Part shown: piece after piece, positions 48,855 through 60,528 of the stretch | Layout of the letters: the number at the start of each line of letters is the position of its first letter | Numbering within the stretch: the first letter of the stretch is position 1 | NCBI GenBank assembly: GCA_000708835.1 | Contig: DF237010.1 | Location: 191,511-255,510, forward strand | Source of the DNA: Klebsormidium nitens | Taxonomy: Eukaryota > Plantae > Klebsormidiophyceae | DNA length: 64,000 nucleotides | Direction of reading: 5' to 3' | Translations under genes and position numbers: made by a program | The notes under the pieces: model-generated | What the model saw: only the letters and a program-made list of their open reading frames with translations | Told to the model about the DNA's origin: nothing | Databases searched by the model: none

Positions 48855-49782
48855 GGGTCACCCGCAGAGCGGCGCACATATAATCACAGCGTATTCTTTC
48901 AAGGCGAGGCAGTTTCGGTCCAAACCTGTTCGGTAGTGACTCTCAGTGGAGACAGAATAGTTGTAGGACGCGGAGATCCAGGCGCTGCGCGGCGTAGGTC
49001 ATACGATTTCACAGGGATTTGATAATTCCCCGTAGCTTGCACCTGGCCCCCGGTGCACTTACGGACTGCCGTACCCGGTGAACTCAGCTTTCAACCGACC
49101 ACCAAGGCGGAGTCAAACTCACAGCTGCGTAGCGTACGTCGATCTTCTTTTGAGCTTTTGAGATCGACGGTCAAATCGCTGACGGATCGTCACCGACGGC
49201 TGCCGATACCACTTCAGCGTCCGGCGTTCCCCGGAACGGAACGCCCCTTTTAACCGCGCGAGATCATTCTTCTGTATTATACATATGCCAGCCTGCGTGC
49301 GGCGGCGTCATGTGTCATCATGGGTCCGATCAATTGTCATCATGTCAGTGACTCCGGTGCAATTGTAATGCGTATATATCCGATTCATGCATTGGCATTC
49401 GAGCTCGAGTCACTGACATATGCTTCCGAGTTGACTATAGTAACAGTCGTCATTGCGTTTGCGATCGCTAACTCAAATGATTGCATTGAGTTAGTAATCC
49501 ATTGCGGTCTACGCCAACGCGTTATCATCTTGAAATTTACCGCGCCGATCTAACTGATACGCGTACGGGTATATACCCGTGTTCATATGTTGAATAAATA
49601 CTCTGCTCAACTTGCGGCTAGTCGGACGAGTAGGGGATTAGTCAAACCTATAGTACACTATAACAGCAACTCAAGTGTCAATTGAAGCTCAGGCCCACTA
49701 CTTTGCAGATCTCGTGCAGTGACCCGAAGCGACCGAACTTTAAAGCAATCGTAGGAGTCACTCAACCATTAATAGCTGTGAG

Positions 49783-52700
49783 TCACCTCGGCTTTGTCCG
49801 TTTTTTGGCTTCGCTGTACAGCACAACTCCTAAAAGGGTCAAAGCAAATCCGCATGTGCCTTGCAGCGTGACAGGGTTGCGGAAAATCGCGACAGATATC
49901 ACAACCGCCAGAGCCGCCTTCGCATTTCCAAGCACCTGCAAAAACCCAACCACTTCTTAGGGTCTCTGAAAGCTCGTCGTTTGTTCTAAGCGCTTCTGTG
50001 GGTTTCACACTTTGGCGGATCAGTAGGAATCGTTAGAAAGTTAGAAAGTCAGTGAGGAAGGTCATCTGACCCGTTTTGCAGAATCGGATGATAATCCCTT
50101 TCCCCCCCCCGCCCCCCTCCCTTTTTTGCCTTCACGTCTTGATTTTTGAAAGCTTGCGAAGCATTCACCACTTTACTTCTTTGCCGTCGCAAAGAGACAG
50201 CGAGCACCTTTCGGAAAGTTAAGCAGCAGCAGGTGAACCCTCCAAGGTTGTGCTCTTTCTCTTACTATTCTCTCAGCAAGCAACAACGAGTGTCCCCAAC
50301 AATTTTCGGACGGAACGCGGGCAAAACCGACTACAGAAGCTACACGCAGATCTTCCCACTAGCCCGTTCTGCAGCCACAACAACCGAAGCCCACATTAAA
50401 CCCAAAGCCCAACCGAAAAACGCGATGCGCGCGCACCTGCAGCGTGAGGGCGCTGGTGTGCTTGGTCACGATGAAGTTCATGAGGTTGACCAGATACGCC
50501 ATGGTCATGTTCCCCGCCAGGTACGCAAAGATGCGCGGCGACTCGACGCCCTTTTGCAGCGTGACCGCCAGGACGTTGCCCTCCATGAGCAGCGACGCGG
50601 GCAGGAGCGCCACGCTGGCGACAGGCGCCATGTACATGAGCAGGTTCATGCTGTTGAGCTTCTCGGAGTCGGAGGACAGCAAAATGCCCTGGGAAAAATG
50701 ACGAATTGCCGTGGTTCGTACCGGGTTAAGTGAGAAGGTGGGTTATGTGAAAGCAGGTTCATGCTGTTGAGCTTCTCCGAGTCGGACAACAGCAGAACGC
50801 CCTGACGAAAAAAGACGGGTTGCCCTGGTTCGCACCGGGTTAAGTGGGAAGGTGGGTTATGCATAAGCAGGTTTATGCTGCTGGGCTTCTCGGATCGGAA
50901 GACAGCAGAATGCCCTGGGAAAGAGAGGGGGGAGACGTGTCTTTGAGCTGTCTTTAAGGGTGCACTAGACCGGATCGATGCAACTAAGTACTTCGGAGGA
51001 GGAAAGCAGGATTGTACCGAGAAAAAAGGGGGCGCTCGTCTACTTGGCACCGAATCAAGTGGAAAGGGTAGGCTACTCTGAGCAGGTTCATGCTCTTTAG
51101 CTTCTCGGAGTCGGGGGACAGCAAAATGCCCTGGAAAAGGGGGGTGGAGCAGTTCCATAGCTTTTCTGTGTATTTTCCAGAGCTGGGATTACAAATGGAC
51201 TGGATCGACCACTACTCAGGAGAGTAGAGTTCTGCTCCGATTGAGTTTCTCGGCTCCAGAGGAATGCGAACTGCCCTGGAAAGACAGGACGCCATTAAGT
51301 GAACCAAAGCCGTGACTGGTGATCGACAAGATTGGACTCTTTGTGAGGGCGGCTTTTCTAAGCACGTCCACGAAGTTGAAGCAGGATGCTCGGGTGAGAG
51401 AGGGTTGTGCTTTCAGAAAGGGACTGGTAATCGACGAGAGGATTTTACTAGCAAGGGCGGTACATCTCTCAGCAGGATCGAATCAAGGCCAAAAATTGGG
51501 GGAGGTGAACTCAGAAAAATAGCAAACGCCGGCGCAATCGGAATTGCACAGAGCGGTTCTCGCATCGAGCTTCTCGAGACTAGGTGAAAGATGGATAGCT
51601 TAGGAAGAGAAGATCTCGAAGCGTCAATGCGCAAGACAACTCAGCTCAACAGAACTCAGAAAGGAAGAAAGTCGTCGGCAGGTAAAATAGCTTTTAACTT
51701 GTCGAAGGGGGAAAAGTAGAATGCGTTGGGAGTCAAAGACGGGACCAGAACGGGAAGCATCTGATACAGGCTGGTCAACAGCGAAGCGTTTCGATATAAT
51801 GGACGGGTCACTGACAAAGCTCTGATCTTTCGAAAAAAACGGGGCGGCGATCTGTAACTCTACGGATCGAAGTGAACTGAAGACTCAACGGTCGAAGTAA
51901 AGCCGTTTTTAAGCTGCTGCAATCCCCTGTCCTCGAAGGCGTTCCTAAGGCAATCTCCTTATCATTTGACTTTTGAGGGTACCCAGTCTCACCTGCAGGA
52001 CGCTCTTGCAAGCCCGTGCTGACGTCGAAGTCAGACACATCAAGAACCCAAAGAGGTTGAAGAGGGGCTCGCCGCCGCTTGCAATCACGATGCCCAGAAC
52101 AATCGGTATGAGAGTGGCGTAGACCTGCGAAAGAAACGCCGTGTTACAAAAACCAAAAGAAATCCGCACTGAGCGTACAATTTCAGGTGCTTGATACAAA
52201 CTGCTTCAAAGAGAAGCCGTTGATTCACACAGGGAAAAGGAGAAACGGAGTAAAGGACTGACAGGGATTCCAGAACTTTCGGAGGAGCCACAGCTCGCTG
52301 TAGCTCGCTGACTCGTCAAAGAGCGCCCCTCGTATCACCAATTGGCAGAAGCGACTTGCGCTAGATGTATAAGAGATCAAAGCGATGACCCTACAAGTTC
52401 GTCGTTCTGGGAAGCAAAGCTGTCTCACCGGCATGGCTTCCGTCTTCCAGGTCATGAGCACCGCAAAGAGCGCCGTGAAAAAGGGGCCTGTGGCGCCGAT
52501 CGCCTGATTGAACGAGACTGGGAGGAACCGGAGCGAGACGTTTCCGGCCACCACCGAGAGGCAGAAGATGAGACTGAGGCCCGAGATTTTGAGCATCTGT
52601 GTCCTCGAGGAGAGCGGCTGGTAGGGCACGAGCTTGAGGAGCTTGATGAAGAGGAGGCTGTAGAAGGTGCACGCCAGCATGTGCAGCTGCACGGAGAAGA

Positions 52701-53724
52701 ACGGGATCAACTAATGAATCTGACGTTTGCATCTTTTCTTCTGATCAGTGCCACATAGGAATCCTAGCCAGAACTAGTTAAAGCTAGCCAGGACAGAAGA
52801 GATGTCGCTCTGCAACGATCCCGTACAAAGTATTCTGGGAGATTGCAGGCATGAAAGAGAAAGAGGGACACACGAAAGACAGATCAGAAAACGGGGCAAT
52901 GTGCTCAGAATCAAGGAGAAACCAGGCCCGCACCAATCCCTTCGATTGGTTGAGACCTTTCACGAAAGGGACATGCGTTCCTTGTATTGCTCGAGTAGGC
53001 TTCTGGAACTCGAACTTGATGGGGGCCATTGTGCAAGCTTCCCGCAGATTGCTCGCTCGCTTCGTCAACACGCGTTTCTCATTCTCAATTCCTCACAGAA
53101 TGGACCTATCTTTAATCTAGTGCTGGATGCGGTGTGTATGAGGAATTTAATCTGGTGCAGGACAATCTGAAGACCAGCATCAGTAAGCTGGTGGATTCTC
53201 GCTCTCACCAGGGTCAAAAAGATGGGGTACTTGTATTTGTAGTTGCTCAGAATGGCCTTGTTGGCCAGCAACACACCGATGTTGCTCGCATACCTGAAGA
53301 CAGTCCGCAGCAGAGTCACTGTCAAGATGTGCACCGAGAATGAGAACTTTCAGTATAGAGTGCAGTCTAGAAAGAAGATGAAGATCTACGCTCAAATAAG
53401 ATGCAGCCTTTGAAAAAAAGGTTGCTTATTATTAGACTTGCTATACTCCAGGTCAGTATGTGACCGGATCACTCCTCCAATTACGGCTGGCTGACAACGT
53501 GAGTGGACTATCTAGAAGGCCAGTCAAAACGGAAATTCCAAAGCACTTTGCAAAAACCAGTGCAATCCCCCTGGAGAGTCCCCTTACCAACTCAGGACAA
53601 TCGCAAGGGTCTTGATACTGCCTGAGAGGACAAACGAGCGGCCAGATGGTTGCCCCTCGTAAAGAGGCAACTCTTCCTCTGCCTGCTTTTGCAGTCCTCC
53701 CTTGAGCCACGTTCGCAAGTCCAT
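49783..53724 (-). CDS. TPT-family (sugar-phosphate / nucleotide-sugar) transporter, UUAT/At3g11320-like Golgi clade, about 338 aa, 6 exons
   Basis: Exons 53724-53588, 53293-53209, 52686-52429, 52124-51993, 50688-50437, 49935-49783 are in frame (1017 nt). Motifs: [111 protein letters not shown]. Confidence 0.93.
50640..51330 (-). repeat. Polarised tandem array (unit about 105-145 bp) of 3' splice site plus the first about 17 codons of transporter exon 5, inside the 1304-bp intron 4
   Basis: Exon-head copies after YAG start at 50688 (real, [17 protein letters not shown]), 50801 ([17 protein letters not shown]), 50914 (1-nt deletion), about 51020 (degenerate, AG lost), 51130 ([17 protein letters not shown]) and 51275 ([12 protein letters not shown]). 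Fainter traces near 51390 and 51720. Confidence 0.9.
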
Positions 53725-55383
53725 GGCAGACTTTGATGCCAGCTTTGAGAGTTGCTGGCGGCTCACAGAACCTGCACGAAATTACGTGCTGGTCATCATA
53801 TTCGTCATCTCCTATCATATTTTGGTTGTTGAAGACAATGTGAACTTAGCTAATATTGTCGACTGATATTGACACTTTCAACCAATCAGTTTGGTGACTG
53901 ATTGAATGGTGACTGATTGAAACAGTCACCATACCGTCTTTCTGCTGATGTGCACACCACTCTGTACTTGGTGTCAACAGGGCGTCTGGATTGTGTTAGA
54001 GGTCACAATTGTCCTTGAGGTGGTGCTCAAATAGGCAGCACTGGCTTTCATCCGGAAAGACTGCTAACTTTTCAGCATAAGATGTAGGCAAATCTGAGAT
54101 ACAGTGACCCTCAGTTTCTTATCTGCTACAGACTAGATCATGCGGTTTTCCCCAACAAAGCTGTGTAACTAAATCTGGTCGAGGCAAGCACATATGAATG
54201 CAATCTACTAACCAGCTGAGATACTTTTGCGCATGATGATCTCAGCAGTCTGCAGCCCCACTTGGGCGGATTCCCAGTTGGACCCGCCAGGCTTCTACTT
54301 GGTAATCTCCTGCAGCTTGGTTACTGGAGTGTCATGGCCCCAACAGAATTGCAGCAGTTCTATTAATGCTGCACTACCAGACACAGTCTTTCCAGGCAGC
54401 ACAAAAGGCCTGTGACTAGTCTATCTCTAACATTCAATGAGTCGTGATCTTTGAAAGGTGATTGTCTAACTACATCACAAGGCAAAGCTCCTATCAATCA
54501 ATACAACCACTTCCCTCCTCTGCTCGGTGATGTGGCCGGCAGTACAGTACATCTGAGCCCTTGCATTTAAACCATGGTGAGTGCTCACAGAAGTTGGCTG
54601 TGACAAATGCGTATGTTCTGAAGCTGGAGAGGGCCTGCCGCATTGTGCAGCTAGAGATGATGCTGGGGGCGCTGGCAGGCAACCTGGATACATTAAACTT
54701 CACCCAGCCAGTGCTTGAGTGCTCTCACCATCACCAAAAGACACTGCATTGGATGGCAACTATTCGCCCTTACGCCCTTCTGTCATTGCTCTAACCTTAG
54801 TTCCAGAAGTTGCCAACGCAAACAGATCCATCTTCCCAGGGAAGCAAGCAGCTGGCGGCCAGCGCCTAATAGTAATACACGATGCATGATGGAGACAGAA
54901 GAAGGTTTCGATTGATCTCGAGGCAAAGCGCCTCACGATCCAAGCTGATACGTCTTCGTCTTATTAACAGTGAAAAACAACATGCTTTTAGAACGCGGCT
55001 GTTTTGCAGCTTTCAAAGCAAGGATCCAGGCCGGTTCTACTCACACAGCTCCTACAGAAATTCCAGAGAGCCAGATAATCGCTTTTTCGCGCATCATACG
55101 AGCATGCTGCTGTCCTCGGAGCATGAAAGATTTTCAGCTAATTTTGTGCTCAAACTTCGAAGGCACTTGACATGCTATGGGGCATTTCGCTGCACAAGGG
55201 CACTAGTGGCGGCTTCTTTTTGAGTTTCAACAGCTCCTTGGTTGCCTGACTTCTTCGGAAACCCTTTGAGCTAGTTGCAAATGAAGGCAGCTTTGTACTA
55301 CTAGGAAGTCTGCACTTCTTGTCCTCTTTCCAAGCTCCAACTCGTGAGTGGGGCGCCGCCTGCGGGATTGCTTGTGTGTCATC

Positions 55384-57022
55384 ATGGCAGACTACCACAC
55401 GGTGTACAAGGATGTAGAAGGGACAACGACAGAGTGGGAAGATTTGCAAGTCAAGCATGGAAACCTTGCTCCAAAAGAGAAGCCAAAAAAGGAAGCTTGG
55501 GTGCCGGCAGATGAAGCTAGGAAAGGCACCACCGAGTGGCTGGATGGGAAAACAGAGGAAGAGCTGGAAGAGGCAGAGGACGAGGTTGACGACGACAGAT
55601 TCATGGAGGATTACAGGTAAGTTGTTTGCTGGCGTCTCTGCACCACCCTGTCATCGCTTGGGGCTACTGTTGTGGTGGCAAAAAGTGCAAATGATGATTT
55701 TAGGGCCCCTTGGTAATTCTTGGACGCATTGAGCAGTCTGTTCCTGTACTCCTTTCAGGCAGCAATGTGCCTGACACCTTCAATCCCTTACACCCTGTGT
55801 AGTTCGCATGGCTCCCATTGCGGAACCACCTTTAGAAGTGGGCAAATGATGTATCCTGCTGATCTGATCTTCCCTGCAGACAGAAACGTCTGGCAGAGCT
55901 GAGAAACAAACCAGCCGCCCCAAGATATGGGGCTGTGAAGCACATAACTGGCGCCGACTACATCCGAGAGGTTTCTCAAGCGGGCCAAGATGTCTGGGTG
56001 TTAGTCCACCTTTACAAGGACCAGTGAGTGCAGTAGCCCCAAAGCGCGTCGACCTTTTCAAATATGTCAGGTTATCACTTGATGTTCATCTTGCAAATGA
56101 CCTGAACAACCTGTCAAGTTGCTCTTTGCATGTTGTAGAAAGTCGTAGGTTGAAAAACTGATACACTGGCAGCTATTCAATCTTCTGATCCCACAAATCT
56201 ATGCCCCTATTCCTGACTCGCAGTCCTCTCTCTCCCTCTGCTGGCTTCGGACAGTTCAGACGATTGGGTCCCGTACTGACTGGTCCTGTTGATGTGCAGC
56301 CTGAGCAGTTGCCAACTCATGGCTGACTGCTTGGAAGATCTCGCATCCAAATATCCTGGCACCAAGTTCGTCAAAATCATCTCGACAGACTGCATACCCA
56401 ACTACCCCGACAGCAACTTGCCAACTTTGTTAGTGTACTTGAACGGGGCCGTCAAGAAGAACATCACTGGCCTGGCTCCATTTGGGGGGAAGCACACAAC
56501 TCCAGAAGGTAAGCTGTGCACGCCATTGATATCATTGGTTCATTCTTACCTCAAGACGTAACTATTTCTGTCCGTGTTTAAAGACCTTCTCGAATCGCTC
56601 TTGCAATTCATACGTCAAAACGAAGCTAGAGGGGCGTGCCATGAACTGCGACGCTTCTGTCGACCAGGAAGGGCATTAGCCGCTTTCTGGGCCCCGCTTT
56701 GTTCTACGTGATTTTCTGGCGGCAATAGTAGACTATCGAAGCCAGTATCAACCCGCCCCAAGGCCGCGTTAAGTTTTTCACACAGTTTTTTCCCATGTTT
56801 CGCCCGTTTTGATAGTCAGAGCTCTTATTCTTGCTCGAGTAGTCTGAAATGTACAATATTGTTGCAGGTGTGGCATATGCTCTATTACAAGTAGGCCCCG
56901 TCCTACAAGAAGCCCAAGGTGGGACCACGCAAGAAGCAGTGGCCGAGCAAGTGCAGAGACGGTATCTAGAAAAGCTCATAGCGCAGCGAGAAATGGAGCA
57001 CAAGAAGGGCGACACTGATTGA
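55384..57022 (+). CDS. PDCL3: Phosducin-like protein (PhLP2 / PDCL3 / VIAF1 type, thioredoxin-fold CCT co-chaperone), about 246 aa, 4 exons
   Basis: Exons 55384-55616, 55880-56023, 56300-56508, 56868-57022 are in frame (741 nt). Motifs: TTEWEDLQVKHGNL, DDDRFMEDYRQKRLAEL, DYIREVSQAGQDVWVLVHLYK, LASKYPGTKFVKIISTDCIPNYPDSNLPTLLVY. Confidence 0.93.
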
Positions 57023-57357
57023 CGGTGACATGCCTATCAATCCGAAAACTTGACGGTCTGGGGACTGTCCTAACAGAGTGGGCAATGTTTCGGGAGACTC
57101 CATTACAGCAAAGGAACACGCTACGGTGTCGAGTTCGTCAGCTTACAACAATATTGAGATTGGTCCGGTTTTCGCAATTTGCAAACTATGTGCTGGCTCT
57201 TGTCCTTAGGCAGACGAGAGCCAGCAGAATAGCTTGGGCATCCAATGGTGGACCATGCAAGAACGCAAAAGCAGGCAGATTACCGCTCACGTGATGAACG
57301 TGATCACATACGAACAGTGGCAAAAGGACATGTTCAGTCAGCTATTGACATGATCGA

Positions 57358-57413
57358 ATGATCAACTCAAGGGAATTCGATCGTCATGATCAACTCAAGG
57401 GAATTCGATCGTC
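57358..57413. repeat. Perfect 28-bp direct tandem duplication in the PDCL3-glutaredoxin tail-to-tail spacer
   Basis: atgatcaactcaagggaattcgatcgtc occurs twice back to back. Confidence 0.9.
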
Positions 57414-58130
57414 AGTCATTTGCACGTACTTAGACGGTCTTATAGAGGGGAACGCGTACATAATTGACTCAACAGCATCAATTTTAGTGAGCGGCCGCCG
57501 TGTAAGATCCAATTGGACTTTATTTGCAATGCGATTCGTAAGTATACATGGCCGCCTGCCACCGGCGCACTACGCATGGGGTATGAGCTCAAGCTAGTGC
57601 GGACTTCAACGTGCATACGGTATTATTATGCATCTGCATGCCAGGTATTTCAAAATACGGCGCGCTAGACTGTAGAATTTCTGTCCGACCAACAATCATG
57701 TTGATAAAATGCTCGATACACAAGTATGCAGGCTCGCTGAGAGACATTCAGCAATTCGAAATTCAGGTGCACCATCCAGTCGACTGACATATTCAAACAA
57801 GGCCATCGTGTTTTAAACTGTTTGGCCCCCTGGACTGCTGACGGACCCATGCAGCCAGACTGAAGGCTTCGCATTGTCAAAGACAGCTAGGATCCACAGC
57901 AGGGAGCAAAACGAATTGGATGGTTTCAAAGGTCGATGGAAACCCATCTGGCAGGGAGATTGTGCAACATGTTATTGACAACTTCCAAACATTGCTAGCT
58001 ACTCGGGCCTTCGCTTTTTGTATACTCCTGTCACATCGATTATTGAACAACTGGAAAAGGACTGAATCCATATCAATGGCCATATCGGCAAAAGACCCTT
58101 ACTAAGAAGGACCAGGACAGATCGCGATCG

Positions 58131-59547
58131 CTATGAGACGAGGGCCTTCTCGACAAGCTCCTTCAACTCGCCGCTCTGGTAAAGTTCTGCAGTCGAGGTG
58201 GAGCAATGAATGATCAAAATTGAAACTCTAATCGATGGCTAAACTGACGATAAGGAGGCAATACGATAGCATGTCGCAAAGAGACACCAAAAACAGAAGG
58301 AAGTATTAATCTTTTGTTTAGGCAGAAATTATAGGAAAAATAGCACCACGCGGTCGCTTGGCTATGGATCAGCTTTCTTCTTATAGGACCGCAAGGTCCA
58401 AGTTCTTTGATTTAGGGTCACAATCCGTGAAGGGAAAGCATAAAAGTGATGATTGAGCTGGAAAGGAACCTCGATCCCCATTCAGACAAGCAGCAAGAGC
58501 TCGGTCCACTGAGCTTCATCATCTGCAGCTTCATCATTTGAAAGTACATCCTTCACAGTTACATTCAATAAAAAGAGGCTACTGGCACCTTCTAACCTTT
58601 GGTGAAGAGAAGCCTGGATAAGATCTGGCACCAAATATGCAAACTCCTTGAAGCGACTTTGAAGCTCACCAATGGCAATGTCGCATCCCCCGATGAACTC
58701 CCCATCGATGTAGATTTGCGGGAAGGTGGGCCAGGACGAATACTCCTTCATGCCCGCTCGGAGAGTTTCGTTCTCTAAAATGTTGACGGTCTCATATGGG
58801 ACTTGAACCATGTTGAGAATCTGGACACAGGTGTTCGAAAAGCCGCACTGTGGGAACTGCCGGTTGCCCTTCATGAAGAGCACGACCTTGTGCTCCTGCA
58901 GGAATTCTTCCACCGCCGTCCGGAGCTCAGGGGTGAGGACTGCCAATAGCACACGAAGAAAAGCATCAGAACAAGATGATGCAGAGGTTAAACCCTTCGT
59001 AATCTACAATCAGCCGGCAAACAGGTGCTTGACATTTGGAAGGGGGCGCAGAGAACGCACCCAAACCTGAGCAATGCCATGACATTTGGGATGTTGATTG
59101 CTGGGCAATTTCTCACACCATCTCCATTCCAAAATATCAACAATCACACAAGTCAGGCACAACCACAAAAGCTAGGCACAAGGAACATCCTGCAACCCTC
59201 AAATTTCTCCAAAGCATGTACTTCGAATTATTCTAGAGCCCGCTTAGTTGGAGTAGATTACCTGAACCCCCACCAGAACTGGCCCCTGCAGACGCACGGC
59301 ATCCTGAGTGTGCAGTTCGCCTCACAGTCTGAGTTTTGCCCATGAAGGACATCTTGACTTCTCTGCAGGACGTACTCCTATGCGAAGCTGACTTGTGCGC
59401 AAGCAGATGCAGGCTGGCCAAAGCTTCACGACTCCGGCACGGCAGTGCCGCTCTGCTCCCAACGACGCTTTGCCCACGCAAGGCGTGCTTTGCAAAACAA
59501 GCCCCTGGTGTCACACCACTTCTGAGAGCAACAGCGGCGCCTGCCAT
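58131..59547 (-). CDS. GRXS14: Monothiol CGFS glutaredoxin with plastid transit peptide (GRXS14-like), about 203 aa, 3 exons
   Basis: Exons 59547-59262, 58939-58670, 58186-58131 are in frame (612 nt). The N-terminus is Ala/Ser/Arg-rich and transit-like. Core: [71 protein letters not shown]. Confidence 0.92.
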
Positions 59548-59590
59548 AATGCTAATTGCTTGCTCGACCTTCTTCGGGCTTTATAACGTG

Positions 59591-59618
59591 ATGTATGTAT
59601 GTATGTATGTATGTATGT
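59591..59618. repeat. (ATGT)7 microsatellite about 45 bp upstream of the glutaredoxin ATG
   Basis: atgtatgtatgtatgtatgtatgtatgt read directly. Confidence 0.95.
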
Positions 59619-60528
59619 GGCTGTTGCAAATTACGGCGCCCTGATTCTTGAAGCTGCACAGATTCCCTGTGCTGCAAGTGAACAGGTTCAAGTTGCTTTC
59701 CAAGTTGTTTCGTCGCCTCATGTGAGATCTTGCATATGGCACAATCACCATGGTTGGTTCAACCCAGTTTAACCGCTTGCAAACCCCTTGCATGCAAAAC
59801 TGCAGTCGATCGATTTGGAAGCTGCAGCTCAGGCTGACTCCTACCGGGACATTCTACTGGGGGCCGTCCAAGTGGATGGCCACACCTCGGAGGGTCCAGC
59901 CGGTCAATTTCGCACGAGTAGTTACATTTAAACAATTCCTATTTCTGCAAATTTGCGCAGCAGAGGATGACGAGCTTCTGCAAACTGCAAACTTTGATTC
60001 TGAAGACTGGTTCAAACTGTGAAGTTTGACAGTGAACAGTAAAGAGAAGAGGTGCTTTCAACAGCAAACTTGTCGTTGTCAGTAGGTACTCCTAATCGAA
60101 GGTGCAGCCTGGTTGGCCTGGTGCCTTCGATTGAGCATTTGTGATTGCGTGACAGGCTCTTTGCCTCATTTGCCTGTGAGTCGTTTCACCACCAATCACA
60201 GGGAGTATCATCAAAAGTGCGGGTGTTTTTAGAGTAATATGCGGGCTCTGAAATCTGAGGGAGCAACTCCACTGGTCAACTGAATGAACGAGGCATTGTC
60301 TCCAGGCCGTACATTTCTTTGCTAGAATCGGTTTTCGACATAACAATGGCAGAACACTGCAAGCTGCTGCCTTGATGGAATCCTCATATCGATTGACGGT
60401 GCCCGTCCTTTAGGATTGAAAGAGCTGATAAGAGCCTCCCATTGTAGCCGTCTCAGCCACAAAGTGATTCAGGGGTATTTGCGCAGAAAGTTCGTTTCAG
60501 CCCCACAGACCCCGAGGTCCTTGTGGGG

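Noticed and set aside
54236-54366. Frame reading FPVGPARLLLGNLLQLG, resembling the cytochrome P450 PPGP hinge
   Set aside because: Bounded by stops, with no membrane anchor upstream and no other P450 motif nearby. Most likely chance; tBLASTn against P450s would settle it.
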